From IMG/VR virus record IMGVR_UViG_3300031787_000063, positions 1 through 64,000 of that record: a DNA stretch of 64,000 bases. The stretch is one strand, 5' to 3'. Positions 50,595 through 60,743 of this stretch are shown piece by piece (the stretch's first letter is position 1; every line of letters begins with the position of its first letter). A model generated the notes under the pieces. The model had not been told where the DNA came from. It worked only from the letters and a program-made list of their open reading frames with translations, and did no database searches. This DNA is from a virus. Position numbers and translations under genes: made by a program.

Positions 50595-50860
50595 GGCATC
50601 TAGAAAATTTGGAATTAATATTATTTTTTCAAAAGGAAATATTTATTTAGAATTAGGATTGGGAAAACTAACTTATATTATAGGCTTAATGAAATGAAAT
50701 GTCCATTCTGTACCGATCCATGTGGAAATGATCATTGTCCTTATTACGAAAAAAAAGAAGAGGATAAAGAATTAATAGGTCTTAAAGAGGAAAACAAAAG
50801 ACTTAAAGAAACCATAAAGCTATTACAAGAGTGGATTATAAAAAGAACAATAAATACACC

Positions 50861-51076
50861 ATGAAATATTTGATTTTGTTTTTATTCATATCTTGCAAAC
50901 CTAGAATAGTAGATAAGTATGACTATATAATAGTTCACAGTGGAGGTAAACAGATTTTGTGTGATTATAGAGATGATGATGGGGCATTCTCAAGATGCAA
51001 AGATTCTGAAGGAATTTCCTATCCTCATATATTCATACACGGAAATGGAGTTATTTTAATAAAGGATGAAAAATGA
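50861..51076 (+). CDS. putative lipoprotein
   Basis: MKYLILFLFISC lipobox-like start. Confidence 0.5.
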   Translation: MKYLILFLFISCKPRIVDKYDYIIVHSGGKQILCDYRDDDGAFSRCKDSEGISYPHIFIHGNGVILIKDEK

Positions 51077-51435
51077 TTTATTTAACTATAGCACTTTTAT
51101 CAAGTCTTTATGGGGTTGATTCTGATTTAGCTATTAAATTAGCAAAAATAGAAAGTAATTTTAATCCAAAAGCTATGTCAAAAACAAAAGATGGAGGTCT
51201 GTTTCAATTGAATACAAGATATCACAAATTTCATAATCCTAATTGGATTTTTGATATTGAAATAAACAGTCATAGAGCAATGAAAACATTGGCAAATCTT
51301 AAGACTAAATGTAATTTAAAATTTAAAAATCATTTTGTGTTGTGTTATAATATGGGAACTAGAGGGGCTTCAAAATTAAAAAATCCCAACAATCAAACAT
51401 ATATTAAAAAATTAACCTCAGTTTGGAAAAATTAG
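51073..51435 (+). CDS. lytic transglycosylase (SLT domain)
   Basis: IESNFNPKA, DGGLFQL, YNMG motifs. Confidence 0.85.
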   Translation: MIYLTIALLSSLYGVDSDLAIKLAKIESNFNPKAMSKTKDGGLFQLNTRYHKFHNPNWIFDIEINSHRAMKTLANLKTKCNLKFKNHFVLCYNMGTRGASKLKNPNNQTYIKKLTSVWKN

Positions 51436-51442
51436 GAGAAAT

Positions 51443-51703
51443 ATGAAACTAGTAAAATATCCAGCAAGAACTATTATTATGAAAATGTTTTGCGATTGCG
51501 GAAAAGGTGAATTTGTAGTGCATGCGTCTACAAAAGAAGGATTTATTCACCGATGTACAAATAAAGAATGCGGAGCCGAAGTTGTGCTGGCTCAACAATT
51601 CCCAACTACTGCTGCCGAAATTGTAAACATCGTGGTGGAAGATTTAAATGAAAAAAAGGAAGAGTCTAATACACTAGAGATTGCAGAAGGTAAAGAAGAA
51701 TGA
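51443..51703 (+). CDS. Zn-binding hypothetical protein
   Basis: CDCG...HRC...CG. Confidence 0.6.
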   Translation: MKLVKYPARTIIMKMFCDCGKGEFVVHASTKEGFIHRCTNKECGAEVVLAQQFPTTAAEIVNIVVEDLNEKKEESNTLEIAEGKEE

Positions 51704-52359
51704 GAGTAGAGTTAATATCCATAACAAAGCCAGTGAAAGAAGCTCTAACCGAGTTTTCATCTGAAGAACTTATGGCGTATGTAGCAAGGGTTTCCAATCC
51801 TAATAATCAAATGAATACAGCTACATCAAGTAAACTACTTGGATATTGCATAAAAAACGCACACTGGTCGGTATTTGAGCATGTAAACATGACAGTTCAA
51901 ATTACTACCAGTAGAGCAATTACTGCTCAGATTTTAAGACATAGAAGTTTTGTGTTCCAAGAATTTTCACAGAGGTATGCAGAAGCTACAAATTTCGAAA
52001 TATATGAAGCCAGAAGACAAGATGTTAAAAATAGACAAAATTCTGTAGACGATATGCTGGCAGATGATAAGGAATTTTTTAAAAATGCTCAGAATTATAT
52101 AAATGAAGAAGCTATGTTGCTATATAATGAAGCGTTAGCTAGGGGTATAGCTAAAGAACAGGCTAGATTTCTTTTGCCGTTGTCTACTGAAACTACTTTA
52201 TACATGACAGGAAATGTTAGAAATTGGATTCATTACATTCAACTCAGAAGTGAAAATGGAACACAAAAAGAACATGCAGATATTGCACTAGAAATAAAAA
52301 ATATATTTAAAGAACAATTTCCAGCAATATCGACAGCATTGGAGTGGGTAAATGAATAA
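51700..52359 (+). CDS. thyX: flavin-dependent thymidylate synthase
   Basis: HWSVFEH, RHRSFVFQEFSQRY, EQARFLLP, TQKEH. Confidence 0.95.
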   Translation: MRVELISITKPVKEALTEFSSEELMAYVARVSNPNNQMNTATSSKLLGYCIKNAHWSVFEHVNMTVQITTSRAITAQILRHRSFVFQEFSQRYAEATNFEIYEARRQDVKNRQNSVDDMLADDKEFFKNAQNYINEEAMLLYNEALARGIAKEQARFLLPLSTETTLYMTGNVRNWIHYIQLRSENGTQKEHADIALEIKNIFKEQFPAISTALEWVNE

Positions 52360-52900
52360 TTCCAATCTTCCGCCAATTAGAGTTTTTATTTGGAATAGAT
52401 TTTTATTCAATGATAATTCTAATTATTCTGGGAAAATCGGAGCACATTTAGTTTCTGTTAGAGCTAGGCAAAATCAAGCATTGCAGTTTACGGTGCTATT
52501 AGATAATGGTGCTTTGTTTACAGGTCTTCCAGCCCATTCTATATCATTCAGGGAGGATGAATTTGATTCTATATTAAATTTGCAAGATGCTCAAATGTGG
52601 GACTGTATCAGTGACGATATTGAAGTATTTACTATGGAAACTTTAAGATATGCAGAATGTGAGGTGTTCGGTAATCAAATTGCCGCATCTGGAAAATATC
52701 TGTTTACAATAGATTTTGTAGGAGAAGGGTATAGTAGACATCCTACTCACTGGAAACAGCTCCACGCAGTTCAAACTATGGCAGGACATTTTTTACTTTA
52801 TCCACAATATAGAATTAGATTTACTGATAAGGCACTTTGCTCTGGAGAAGATCTTCCGAAATATCAAGCCAACGAAAAACATTGGATAGTAGGGAGTTAA
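52352..52900 (+). CDS. hypothetical protein
   Basis: 182-aa ORF coupled to thyX. Confidence 0.65.
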   Translation: MNNSNLPPIRVFIWNRFLFNDNSNYSGKIGAHLVSVRARQNQALQFTVLLDNGALFTGLPAHSISFREDEFDSILNLQDAQMWDCISDDIEVFTMETLRYAECEVFGNQIAASGKYLFTIDFVGEGYSRHPTHWKQLHAVQTMAGHFLLYPQYRIRFTDKALCSGEDLPKYQANEKHWIVGS

Positions 52901-52901
52901 A

Positions 52902-53315
52902 ATGCTTACTTTGATTTATGGAGGGATAACTCATCACTATCTTGCTTCAAATTTACCCTATTGTAATAGAATAAATAATGTTGGAACAATTCATAATGAG
53001 TACGTTATAATGATGATAGGGAATAAAAACAAAATTGGAGTTCTTAAGGGAAAAGATTCTGCTTGCGGAGATATTGTAGGACCTATATCTTCTTTCCAAA
53101 TATCTGAAAATGTTGATTTTATGCTAGGGGGATACAATACTAATTTTGATAAGTTTAGAAAAATTGGCATAGAACCTCCATCGTATAATGGTATAACTCC
53201 AGTTATTGGATTTGACTTTAAAATACCAGTGTACAAAAAAGATAATTTTAAGGTTTCATTAGATAATTTAGTCTCAATAGGAATAATAACCCATGCAATA
53301 AGTGTGAGTTTTTGA
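52902..53315 (+). CDS. possible small beta-barrel membrane protein
   Basis: Alternating beta pattern, terminal Phe (AISVSF). Confidence 0.4.
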   Translation: MLTLIYGGITHHYLASNLPYCNRINNVGTIHNEYVIMMIGNKNKIGVLKGKDSACGDIVGPISSFQISENVDFMLGGYNTNFDKFRKIGIEPPSYNGITPVIGFDFKIPVYKKDNFKVSLDNLVSIGIITHAISVSF

Positions 53316-53569
53316 TGAAAAGAAGTAAAGCTTTAGAAATTATAGAACAACAATATGGAAAGTTTATTGACGATTGGCTTAAACTTGACATTACCGATGA
53401 AGAATCGTGTAAAAATTTTATACGGTTAGAAGAAAGAATTTTAACTGCTCTAGAAAAAGAAGGAATGTTACCACCTTTTACTTATCTAAAAAAAATAGGT
53501 ACTCTAGATACTGCTTGGGAGCCAGAAGATGAAGAAGATAGTAATAAAGATAAAAGCTCCAAAAATTAG
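53312..53569 (+). CDS. MKRS-family paralogue
   Basis: MKRSKAL...ILTALEKEGMLPP...WEPED. Confidence 0.7.
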   Translation: MMKRSKALEIIEQQYGKFIDDWLKLDITDEESCKNFIRLEERILTALEKEGMLPPFTYLKKIGTLDTAWEPEDEEDSNKDKSSKN

Positions 53570-53697
53570 GAAACCAGTGGCGAAAAAGCCTAATACTGTT
53601 ATGAAATCTAAAAAAGACTACACAAGAAAAATAAAACATAAAAAAAGTTGTTCACCAGAAGAATAATGTTATTATATACGTAAGAAAAGGAGCAAAT

Positions 53698-53904
53698 ATG
53701 GCTAACACTTTTAAAACTCGGTATTCAAATGTAAATGGAAAAGCAACTAAATTTAACAAAAAACTAACAACAGGAACTCTTGATTTTATTGTACGTAAAG
53801 CTGGAGTAATTCCTGCGAAAAGTATTGCTGCAATTATTCATCGACCTCTTAAAACGGTCCAAAGCGTAGCCTCCCGATTTGGAGTTTCTTTAAGAGTTGG
53901 ATAA
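53698..53904 (+). CDS. small HTH DNA-binding protein
   Basis: AKSIAAIIHRPLKTVQSVASRFGVSL; AAGGAG SD. Confidence 0.6.
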   Translation: MANTFKTRYSNVNGKATKFNKKLTTGTLDFIVRKAGVIPAKSIAAIIHRPLKTVQSVASRFGVSLRVG

Positions 53905-54997
53905 AAAAATGGTGTCACATACCTCATGAATCTTGATACTGCTAGACAGTATAGGGATTTTGTCAAGAAAGTTGTGAGGTTGGCGAGCTATCGCCTATCA
54001 AGGAATTTATGCAACAAAAATTAGAATTAACAGCTATTGGATATGTTTTTACACTAGCAAATATATACCTTACAGTGAGTGGTAAACCTTTGGCTGGAAT
54101 TGCTTTTGGATTAATTTCTTGTTATTTTTTTATAAAAGCTTTAATGATTAGAAAAAAAGATGATGAAGAAGATCGTTAATTTTTTAAAAACAGATTTAAT
54201 GAGAATGTCCCCTTACGAAAGATGGAGACTGTGTTTCCAAGTTGTTCAAGTTATGATAACTCTTGGAGTACCTTTTATTGCGGTATGGTTAAGCAAAAAT
54301 TGGAATTGAGTTTTTGGAATGGAGTTTTGGCTGGGGCAATAGTAACTTTTTTCGTATGCTCCGGAATTGTTGGGGAATTTTTCGTAAGTAAAGAGGTTTT
54401 CAAATTAAAAAGAATATATATTGATGGAAAAATATATAGATTATGTGAGGATAGATGAATTACTTTTTAATATTAATCGTACTTTCTGGATCTGGGGTAT
54501 CAACCCAATCTATCCCTTTTGAATCAAGTGCTGGATGTCTTAAAGCATTATCATCAGTTTTAGAAATGGAAAAAGGAACTCACCTAACAATAAAATCAAG
54601 GTGTGTAAAAAATGATTAGTTTAATTATTGTGTGTGTTTACAACCTTTCTCTATTAGCTGGAACCGCATACTTAGTTCATAATGGGTGGAGTATATTTAC
54701 ATTTATCCCAGCATTTTTTCTTTTATTAGGAATAAAGTACAGGGAATGAATTTTATAAGTCAAACTTTAAGCAACTTAACTTCTGGAGGAAAACTATATG
54801 TTTTCTTTCAGATTATCTATTTGGCAGGTGCTCTATTTTTTACTTATGTGCAGATTCAAATCTTAAAAGAACTAAAAAAGCCAAATAATTGCTGTTGTGA
54901 AAAAAATGAAAGACCCAGAAATTAATCCTTATGCTATAATAGCTATGATGGTTCGAGTTGCTCTCTTGCCGTTCTTGTTACTACTTATATTGAGAGG

Positions 54998-55255
54998 TTG
55001 TCAATGAAAAGAGATGAAATGATTGGGGCAATTGCCATGAGATTAAAAATTCTACATTTACAAGAATTTAATCAGTTTACAGACGGAGAAATGCCATTGC
55101 CATATCTATTGGATAGATTAGCATCAACCGCTCTAGAAACTGTAGAATTAGAAGGAATGTTACCTCCTCCAGATTACTCAGAAACTTATTATAGTAGTGA
55201 TGAGCCGGGAGGATATCATCCAAATAGATGGGAGGACGAAGATGAACAGGCGTAA
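54998..55255 (+). CDS. MKRS-family paralogue
   Basis: MKRDEMI...ALETVELEGMLPP...WEDED. Confidence 0.7.
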   Translation: MSMKRDEMIGAIAMRLKILHLQEFNQFTDGEMPLPYLLDRLASTALETVELEGMLPPPDYSETYYSSDEPGGYHPNRWEDEDEQA

Positions 55256-55514
55256 TTTTTTATTTCTAGCTTTTACAAGTGTCCTTGCTTGTACAATCAT
55301 TAAAGCGGCTGCTTCTGTAAAAGTTTACGTTACGGAAGGTAAACTGGGGTATAAAATTCCGGGAAATGTTGGAAGACAGTGCAAAAACTGCAAACATTTT
55401 GAGACGAAAGCCGAAGATGGAATTTGTAAACTTCAGGCTATGAAAAGCGTGATGAAATCACCAGAAGTACATGTCATTCCAGAAGCAACTTGTAACATGT
55501 GGGTACAAAAATAA
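55242..55514 (+). CDS. Tat-exported high-potential iron-sulfur protein (HiPIP-like)
   Basis: MNRRNFL twin-arginine signal; Y...CKNC..F...GIC...V....TCNMW pattern; GGAGG SD. Confidence 0.75.
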   Translation: MNRRNFLFLAFTSVLACTIIKAAASVKVYVTEGKLGYKIPGNVGRQCKNCKHFETKAEDGICKLQAMKSVMKSPEVHVIPEATCNMWVQK

Positions 55515-55738
55515 TGGTAAATCGTTGGACTTCTGGATGTATGTATCGGCACTTGACATCTAAAGACTTAGACATCTTTGTAGTTAAAGTTAGATACCAA
55601 GATGAAAAAAGAGTTAAATTGTTAATTCGCTGGGTTTATAAAACAAATGGAAACTTTGCAGATCTGCCCGGATTAAGAGATGGTAAAGATAATATAGTAG
55701 TCTCAGCAGATCAGTATAAATATTGGAGTAGAATATGA
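55499..55738 (+). CDS. hypothetical protein
   Basis: Packed ORF. Confidence 0.55.
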   Translation: MGTKIMVNRWTSGCMYRHLTSKDLDIFVVKVRYQDEKRVKLLIRWVYKTNGNFADLPGLRDGKDNIVVSADQYKYWSRI

Positions 55739-55941
55739 TTTTAGATTTTGAAAAATTTATTAAAGAAAAAGTAGGAGAAGCCATCGAGGGCAGCTTTATG
55801 GACGCAAGTATTTTTGGAACAGGCTATATTAAAGTAACTTTCGTAAATAATGATTTAAATGTGGAACATATTCCATTTGATAAAGTAGAAGAGGAGCTTG
55901 AGGCTTTCAAAGAATTTAAAAAAGAAGTTGGTAAGATGTGA
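55735..55941 (+). CDS. hypothetical protein
   Basis: DASIFGTGYIKV; packed ORF. Confidence 0.55.
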   Translation: MILDFEKFIKEKVGEAIEGSFMDASIFGTGYIKVTFVNNDLNVEHIPFDKVEEELEAFKEFKKEVGKM

Positions 55942-56041
55942 ATGTCGAAAGAGTAGTTTCTATATTTTTTGTTGCATTATACAATATAGGACTACTCTGG
56001 ATTATTGGGCTAGTTCTTAAAGCTCTATTAGAGCATAAAGA

Positions 56042-56947
56042 TTAACTTGGAGTATTTGAGTACGAATTGACGAGTCTTATAGTTCCGCTGAAATTAAAAA
56101 TTCCCGGATATAAGTTTGAAATGCCTTCTGAAACTGTATCCATAACTAATACATAAGGGGTTACTGAATTGTTTAGATATACTTTGAACTCGTTAGTATT
56201 TTCTTGCACCATTCTTATGGTTATATCAGACCCAGATGGAAGAATATTATCTAAATAAAAAAATTGGGATTTACTACCAACTCCAGAACTTCTTCTTAAA
56301 GTTATTCCACTTGGTCGTAATGAAATATCTACGCTATTTGAAGAAGCATCTACAAAAGTATCAAATAACCCTATTGTAACATCACCAAATTCTGATCCAT
56401 CAGGAAGAATTCCTCCCCAATTTAAAACTTTTATCATATAAGTAACATCATAAGTAGCGACATTGTCTACACTTAAAGATCCTCCAATGGGAATTAAAGC
56501 TGATCCATGTTGATATTGATTCATACTAAAAGAATATGCGGCTCCTGTTGCTGGAACTTTATCAAATCCAGTGACAGGATCATATCCAAAACTATCAAAT
56601 ATCGTAAAATCAAAATCAGAAGCTACTAAAAATTGTCTAGGAATTTGTAAAACTCCACCATCTTCATCAATTATGGAAACTTTTACTACTTGAAAAACAT
56701 TTCTAGCTTTTAAGGATAATAAAATAGAAGCGGTTGGAGTGAGATTTGTTCCTGTTACGTCAAATTCTAAAGTTTTAGTTTGATTTCCCGGATTAGAGGT
56801 GTATAGAACGTCTACTTTTTTCCATCTAGTAGAATTAGAAAAATAACCATTACCAGATACTAAAGGATGTGCCTCCAATTCCACTTTATTAAGCGTAAAA
56901 ATTGCAGGATTTCCTTTCGTAATAGTTGGTTTAGTTATTATTGCCAC
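56042..56947 (-). CDS. shared-N-domain protein C (beta-rich, lectin-like C-terminus)
   Basis: First ~115 aa homologous to the next two ORFs. Confidence 0.7.
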   Translation of the reverse strand: MAIITKPTITKGNPAIFTLNKVELEAHPLVSGNGYFSNSTRWKKVDVLYTSNPGNQTKTLEFDVTGTNLTPTASILLSLKARNVFQVVKVSIIDEDGGVLQIPRQFLVASDFDFTIFDSFGYDPVTGFDKVPATGAAYSFSMNQYQHGSALIPIGGSLSVDNVATYDVTYMIKVLNWGGILPDGSEFGDVTIGLFDTFVDASSNSVDISLRPSGITLRRSSGVGSKSQFFYLDNILPSGSDITIRMVQENTNEFKVYLNNSVTPYVLVMDTVSEGISNLYPGIFNFSGTIRLVNSYSNTPS

Positions 56948-56949
56948 AA

Positions 56950-57759
56950 TTATTCCTTGTAGTAAGCTGATGTAATGTTTCCAAAGTATGGTCTACCAAG
57001 AGGATAAAGCATACTCGAACTAGAATAACTGTGAACACTTACTCCATTTAAGTAAACTGTTACAGTTGAACCAATTCTTGAAAATTTAATTGTATTAGTT
57101 CCAGCAGCATTAAATGAATACTGACCGGGAAGCCAAGTGTCACCGTTGGTATTAATTTCAAAATATGTGCCGCTTCTATTGATCATGGCAACACTTCCAG
57201 TGAAAACGCCAAGTGTAGTGTTATCTGCCATGCCGACACCGATTTCTAAACAATCAGCACCCTCAAATAAATAGTTCACTTCAAAATCACTAGAATAACC
57301 TGTTGATGATTTCATCATATAAAACCAGTTTTGAGATGATGGATTAGTTAATACAGCCCCAACAGAGTTTGTAGTAGGTCCATTGGTTAAGTTCCAATTA
57401 ATATACTCTATTAAGGATATATCAAAATCTGCAGAGTTTAAAGATTCTCTTGGAATCTGCAGAATCCCATTGTCATAATCTACTATCAATAAACTTTCTA
57501 CTTGGAATTCATCCCTTGCTTTTAAAGAAAATAGGATTGAACCAGTGGGAGTTGGGTTAACTCCACTAACATCAAACTTTACATCTTTAGACTGATTTCC
57601 CGGACTAGAAATATAAATAATCTCCACTCTTCTCCATCTGGTAGAATCGGAGAAATAAGGATTTGATGTCACTAAAGGATGAGCTTCTAACTCTACTTTA
57701 TTTAGAGTTATTAAAGCCGGAGTTCCTTTTTCAATAGTTGGTTTAGTTATTATTGCCAC
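56950..57759 (-). CDS. shared-N-domain protein B (ConA/laminin-G-like C-terminus)
   Basis: R.GSTVTVYLNG motif. Confidence 0.7.
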   Translation of the reverse strand: MAIITKPTIEKGTPALITLNKVELEAHPLVTSNPYFSDSTRWRRVEIIYISSPGNQSKDVKFDVSGVNPTPTGSILFSLKARDEFQVESLLIVDYDNGILQIPRESLNSADFDISLIEYINWNLTNGPTTNSVGAVLTNPSSQNWFYMMKSSTGYSSDFEVNYLFEGADCLEIGVGMADNTTLGVFTGSVAMINRSGTYFEINTNGDTWLPGQYSFNAAGTNTIKFSRIGSTVTVYLNGVSVHSYSSSSMLYPLGRPYFGNITSAYYKE

Positions 57760-57769
57760 TTATAAATCC

Positions 57770-60715
57770 TTATGGAGTTGGTTTTAAAGATGCATTGAGT
57801 GTGATAATTCCTTCTATGTCATCATTAGTGTATTGAAGTTGTCCAGAAGGTGTAGCACTTAGAGAAACTCCCGTAGGTCCCAATTCGGTACTAGGCAATC
57901 CATCTACGCTAAGATATGTAATGGCATTAGAATAGTTCGAATCCCCCATTTCTACTCCTATTACTCCAGAATAAAATCTACCTTCGGAAATATAAGCAGT
58001 GGGTATTAAAGCTAATTGTTCATTTGATCCTGCATTCATTAAGGTATCTAGATAAATGTAATTAAATGCAGCATCAGGAATTCCTGTTAAAGCTGTAGTT
58101 CCATCTTGATTTAAAAATCTTAGATTACCATTATAATAACTAGATTGATATCCTAAGTTAATTATGATGTAATTTTTAAATAAAACTATTGTAGTTGCTG
58201 CTGCCGGAATTTTTCCTCCATTAGAAGCATTTGCACAGAATGCTGTGTCCAGTGTTCCATCGGAATTTAATCTGATAAGATGATTTCTACCAGATCCCTT
58301 ATATCCACTAAAAACTCCTCCGATTAATATTTTACCATTAGATTGAACTTTAACATTTCTAGTTTCGCTATTAAATGTGTACGAATCTACTGCATTAGTA
58401 CAAAAAGCCTCATCTGTTGTTCCGTCAGAATTTAATCTAAGAAAATAACCTCTTCCGCCAATGTTATTATAATTATAGAATTGTCCTGCAACTAAAATTT
58501 TTCCGTCATTTTGAATTTCTACACAATATATTTGTCCAGAAAATTTATTACCATCAGAAGCGTTTATACAAAAAGATTCGTCCAATGTACCATCAAAATT
58601 CAATCTTACCAATCTGTTTCTATTAGAAAAATTATTATAACTAGTAAAATTTCCTGCAATTAAAATTTTTCCATCCGATTGAATCGCTATAGAATTTATC
58701 CTATCTATAAACTTATTTCCATCAGATGCATTGGAACAAAAAAAATCATCAAGAGTTCCGTCAATATTTAGCCTTACCAATCTGTTTCTATTAGGAACTC
58801 CTCCATAATCTGTATAATCTCCAGCAACTAATATTTGACCATTAGGTTGAATTTTAATATCTCGAATTGTTGAAAATTTACTTTTTATAGTTTCACAAAA
58901 ATCTATATCCAAAGTAGAATCGGAGTTAAATCTGACCAATCCATTATATCCAGAAATTGTATCATAACCAGTGAAAGTTCCTCCAATTAAAAATTTTCCA
59001 TCCGACTGTATTGCTGTAGTCAGTACCGTGCTATTTATTTTAGCAGATTTACTAGAAACACTATCTGATAAAGTAGCATCTCTTGTTCCATTTGAATTTA
59101 AAACAGTTACAAAATTTCTATATTTAAAATTAGAGTAATTGGTAAAATTCCCCATTACCATAACTTTCCCACTACTTAACTCCAAAGCACATCTAGTTTC
59201 CGAATTAAATTTTAGACCGTCAGTGGAATTTATTGTATAAGGAGCGTCTAAAGTTCCATCGGAGTTCAACGCTACAAAGTAAGTTCTAGTAGAGGCTCCT
59301 CCATAATTACTAAAACCACCACATAACAAAATCTTACCATTTGATAACAATACAATTCTTCTTATGAAATCATAAGGACTCAGTTTATTAAATGTATTAT
59401 CATAAAAAGTACTATCCATAGTACCATCTGAGTTTATTCTTCTAAATCCAGCCGTGTTGTACGAACCATATACTTGTCCACCATAAAGTATTTTACCGTC
59501 AGGTTGCACTACTATAGAAAACACTGCAGGGTTAAGATTTTTATTATCCGAAGCATTTACGCAAAAATCATTATCTACTGTTCCGTCAGAATTTAATCGA
59601 ATCATCCCACTTCTACCAGAAGTTCCAGCGTAGCTTGTAAAACCTCCTCCTACTAAAATTTTATTATCAGTCTGTAATGCTATTGTAATTACATTACCAG
59701 TAAACTTACCTCCGTTAGAAGCGTTAGCTATAAAGTCTGCGTCCGAAGTACCATCTGAATTTAAGCGGACCAAATATCCAGTAAAATCGCCACCCACAAG
59801 TATTTTACCATCTGACTGCTGAGCTACTGAAATTACGGTGCTACTAAATTTATTATTATCAGAAGCATTTACACAAAATGCGTTATCTACTGTACCGTCT
59901 GAATTTAATCGAACTAATCTACTTCTACCAGAAATTCCACCATAAGTTTGAAAACTTCCGCCTACTAATATTTTTCCATCAGATTGGATTTCTATAGCAT
60001 GAATTTCAGAATTAAATTTATCATTAGAAGAAGCATTATTGCAAAATTCTACATCTAAACTACCATCTGAATTTAATCTAATTAGCCTATTAAAATTAGC
60101 AAATCCTTTTGAATTAGTGAAGGTTCCGCCAAGTAATATCTTTCCATCAGATTGTTTTTTAGCAAAGTTTATTACAGCATTAAAATCTGTAAAATCAGAA
60201 ATAATTCTCAAATCGCTATCTACTACGGGCATTTTTTTAGTAATAGAGTAATTGATATCAAAGCCGTATGAATTAGGGTTAAGTCGTGCGTTTTCAATAT
60301 TTTGAGGGGAGCTTACATTTGCAGAATATGCTTTTATAAAAGTAGCTGGGAGAGCTGGGTAATTGCCTGTACCTAGTGCTAAATCGAATTCTCCTGTAAC
60401 TAAACTAGACCTTGGAATTTGTAGGCTTCCTCCATCAAAGTCCGTAATTACCAATTTCTCAACAATAAAATCATCTCTAGAATCTGCTGTAACTAAAAAT
60501 GTAGCAGTTGGAGAAGATAAGGTTGCATTGAAATCCAAAAGCTCAGATTGACTACCAATCGTTGAAATGTATACAAGCCTAACACGATTCCAATTTGTAA
60601 GGTTTGAAAAATAAGGATCTGCAAGTACTAGAGGATGTGCAGCAAGTTCTGTTTTATCTAATGTAAAAACTGCCGGGACACCTTTAGAAACAACTGGTTT
60701 TATGATTATTGACAT
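57770..60715 (-). CDS. shared-N-domain protein A with ~12 delta-60 beta-propeller repeats
   Basis: Repeated QSDGKILVGG.F...RLNSDGTLD..F. Confidence 0.85.
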   Translation of the reverse strand: MSIIIKPVVSKGVPAVFTLDKTELAAHPLVLADPYFSNLTNWNRVRLVYISTIGSQSELLDFNATLSSPTATFLVTADSRDDFIVEKLVITDFDGGSLQIPRSSLVTGEFDLALGTGNYPALPATFIKAYSANVSSPQNIENARLNPNSYGFDINYSITKKMPVVDSDLRIISDFTDFNAVINFAKKQSDGKILLGGTFTNSKGFANFNRLIRLNSDGSLDVEFCNNASSNDKFNSEIHAIEIQSDGKILVGGSFQTYGGISGRSRLVRLNSDGTVDNAFCVNASDNNKFSSTVISVAQQSDGKILVGGDFTGYLVRLNSDGTSDADFIANASNGGKFTGNVITIALQTDNKILVGGGFTSYAGTSGRSGMIRLNSDGTVDNDFCVNASDNKNLNPAVFSIVVQPDGKILYGGQVYGSYNTAGFRRINSDGTMDSTFYDNTFNKLSPYDFIRRIVLLSNGKILLCGGFSNYGGASTRTYFVALNSDGTLDAPYTINSTDGLKFNSETRCALELSSGKVMVMGNFTNYSNFKYRNFVTVLNSNGTRDATLSDSVSSKSAKINSTVLTTAIQSDGKFLIGGTFTGYDTISGYNGLVRFNSDSTLDIDFCETIKSKFSTIRDIKIQPNGQILVAGDYTDYGGVPNRNRLVRLNIDGTLDDFFCSNASDGNKFIDRINSIAIQSDGKILIAGNFTSYNNFSNRNRLVRLNFDGTLDESFCINASDGNKFSGQIYCVEIQNDGKILVAGQFYNYNNIGGRGYFLRLNSDGTTDEAFCTNAVDSYTFNSETRNVKVQSNGKILIGGVFSGYKGSGRNHLIRLNSDGTLDTAFCANASNGGKIPAAATTIVLFKNYIIINLGYQSSYYNGNLRFLNQDGTTALTGIPDAAFNYIYLDTLMNAGSNEQLALIPTAYISEGRFYSGVIGVEMGDSNYSNAITYLSVDGLPSTELGPTGVSLSATPSGQLQYTNDDIEGIITLNASLKPTP

Positions 60716-60743
60716 TCTTCTTCCTTAGAAAAGGTTCTTATTA

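Noticed and set aside
56042-60715. Diversity-generating retroelement or invertible shufflon
   Set aside because: No reverse transcriptase, no adenine-specific TR/VR pair, and no recombinase or inverted crossover sites in the window
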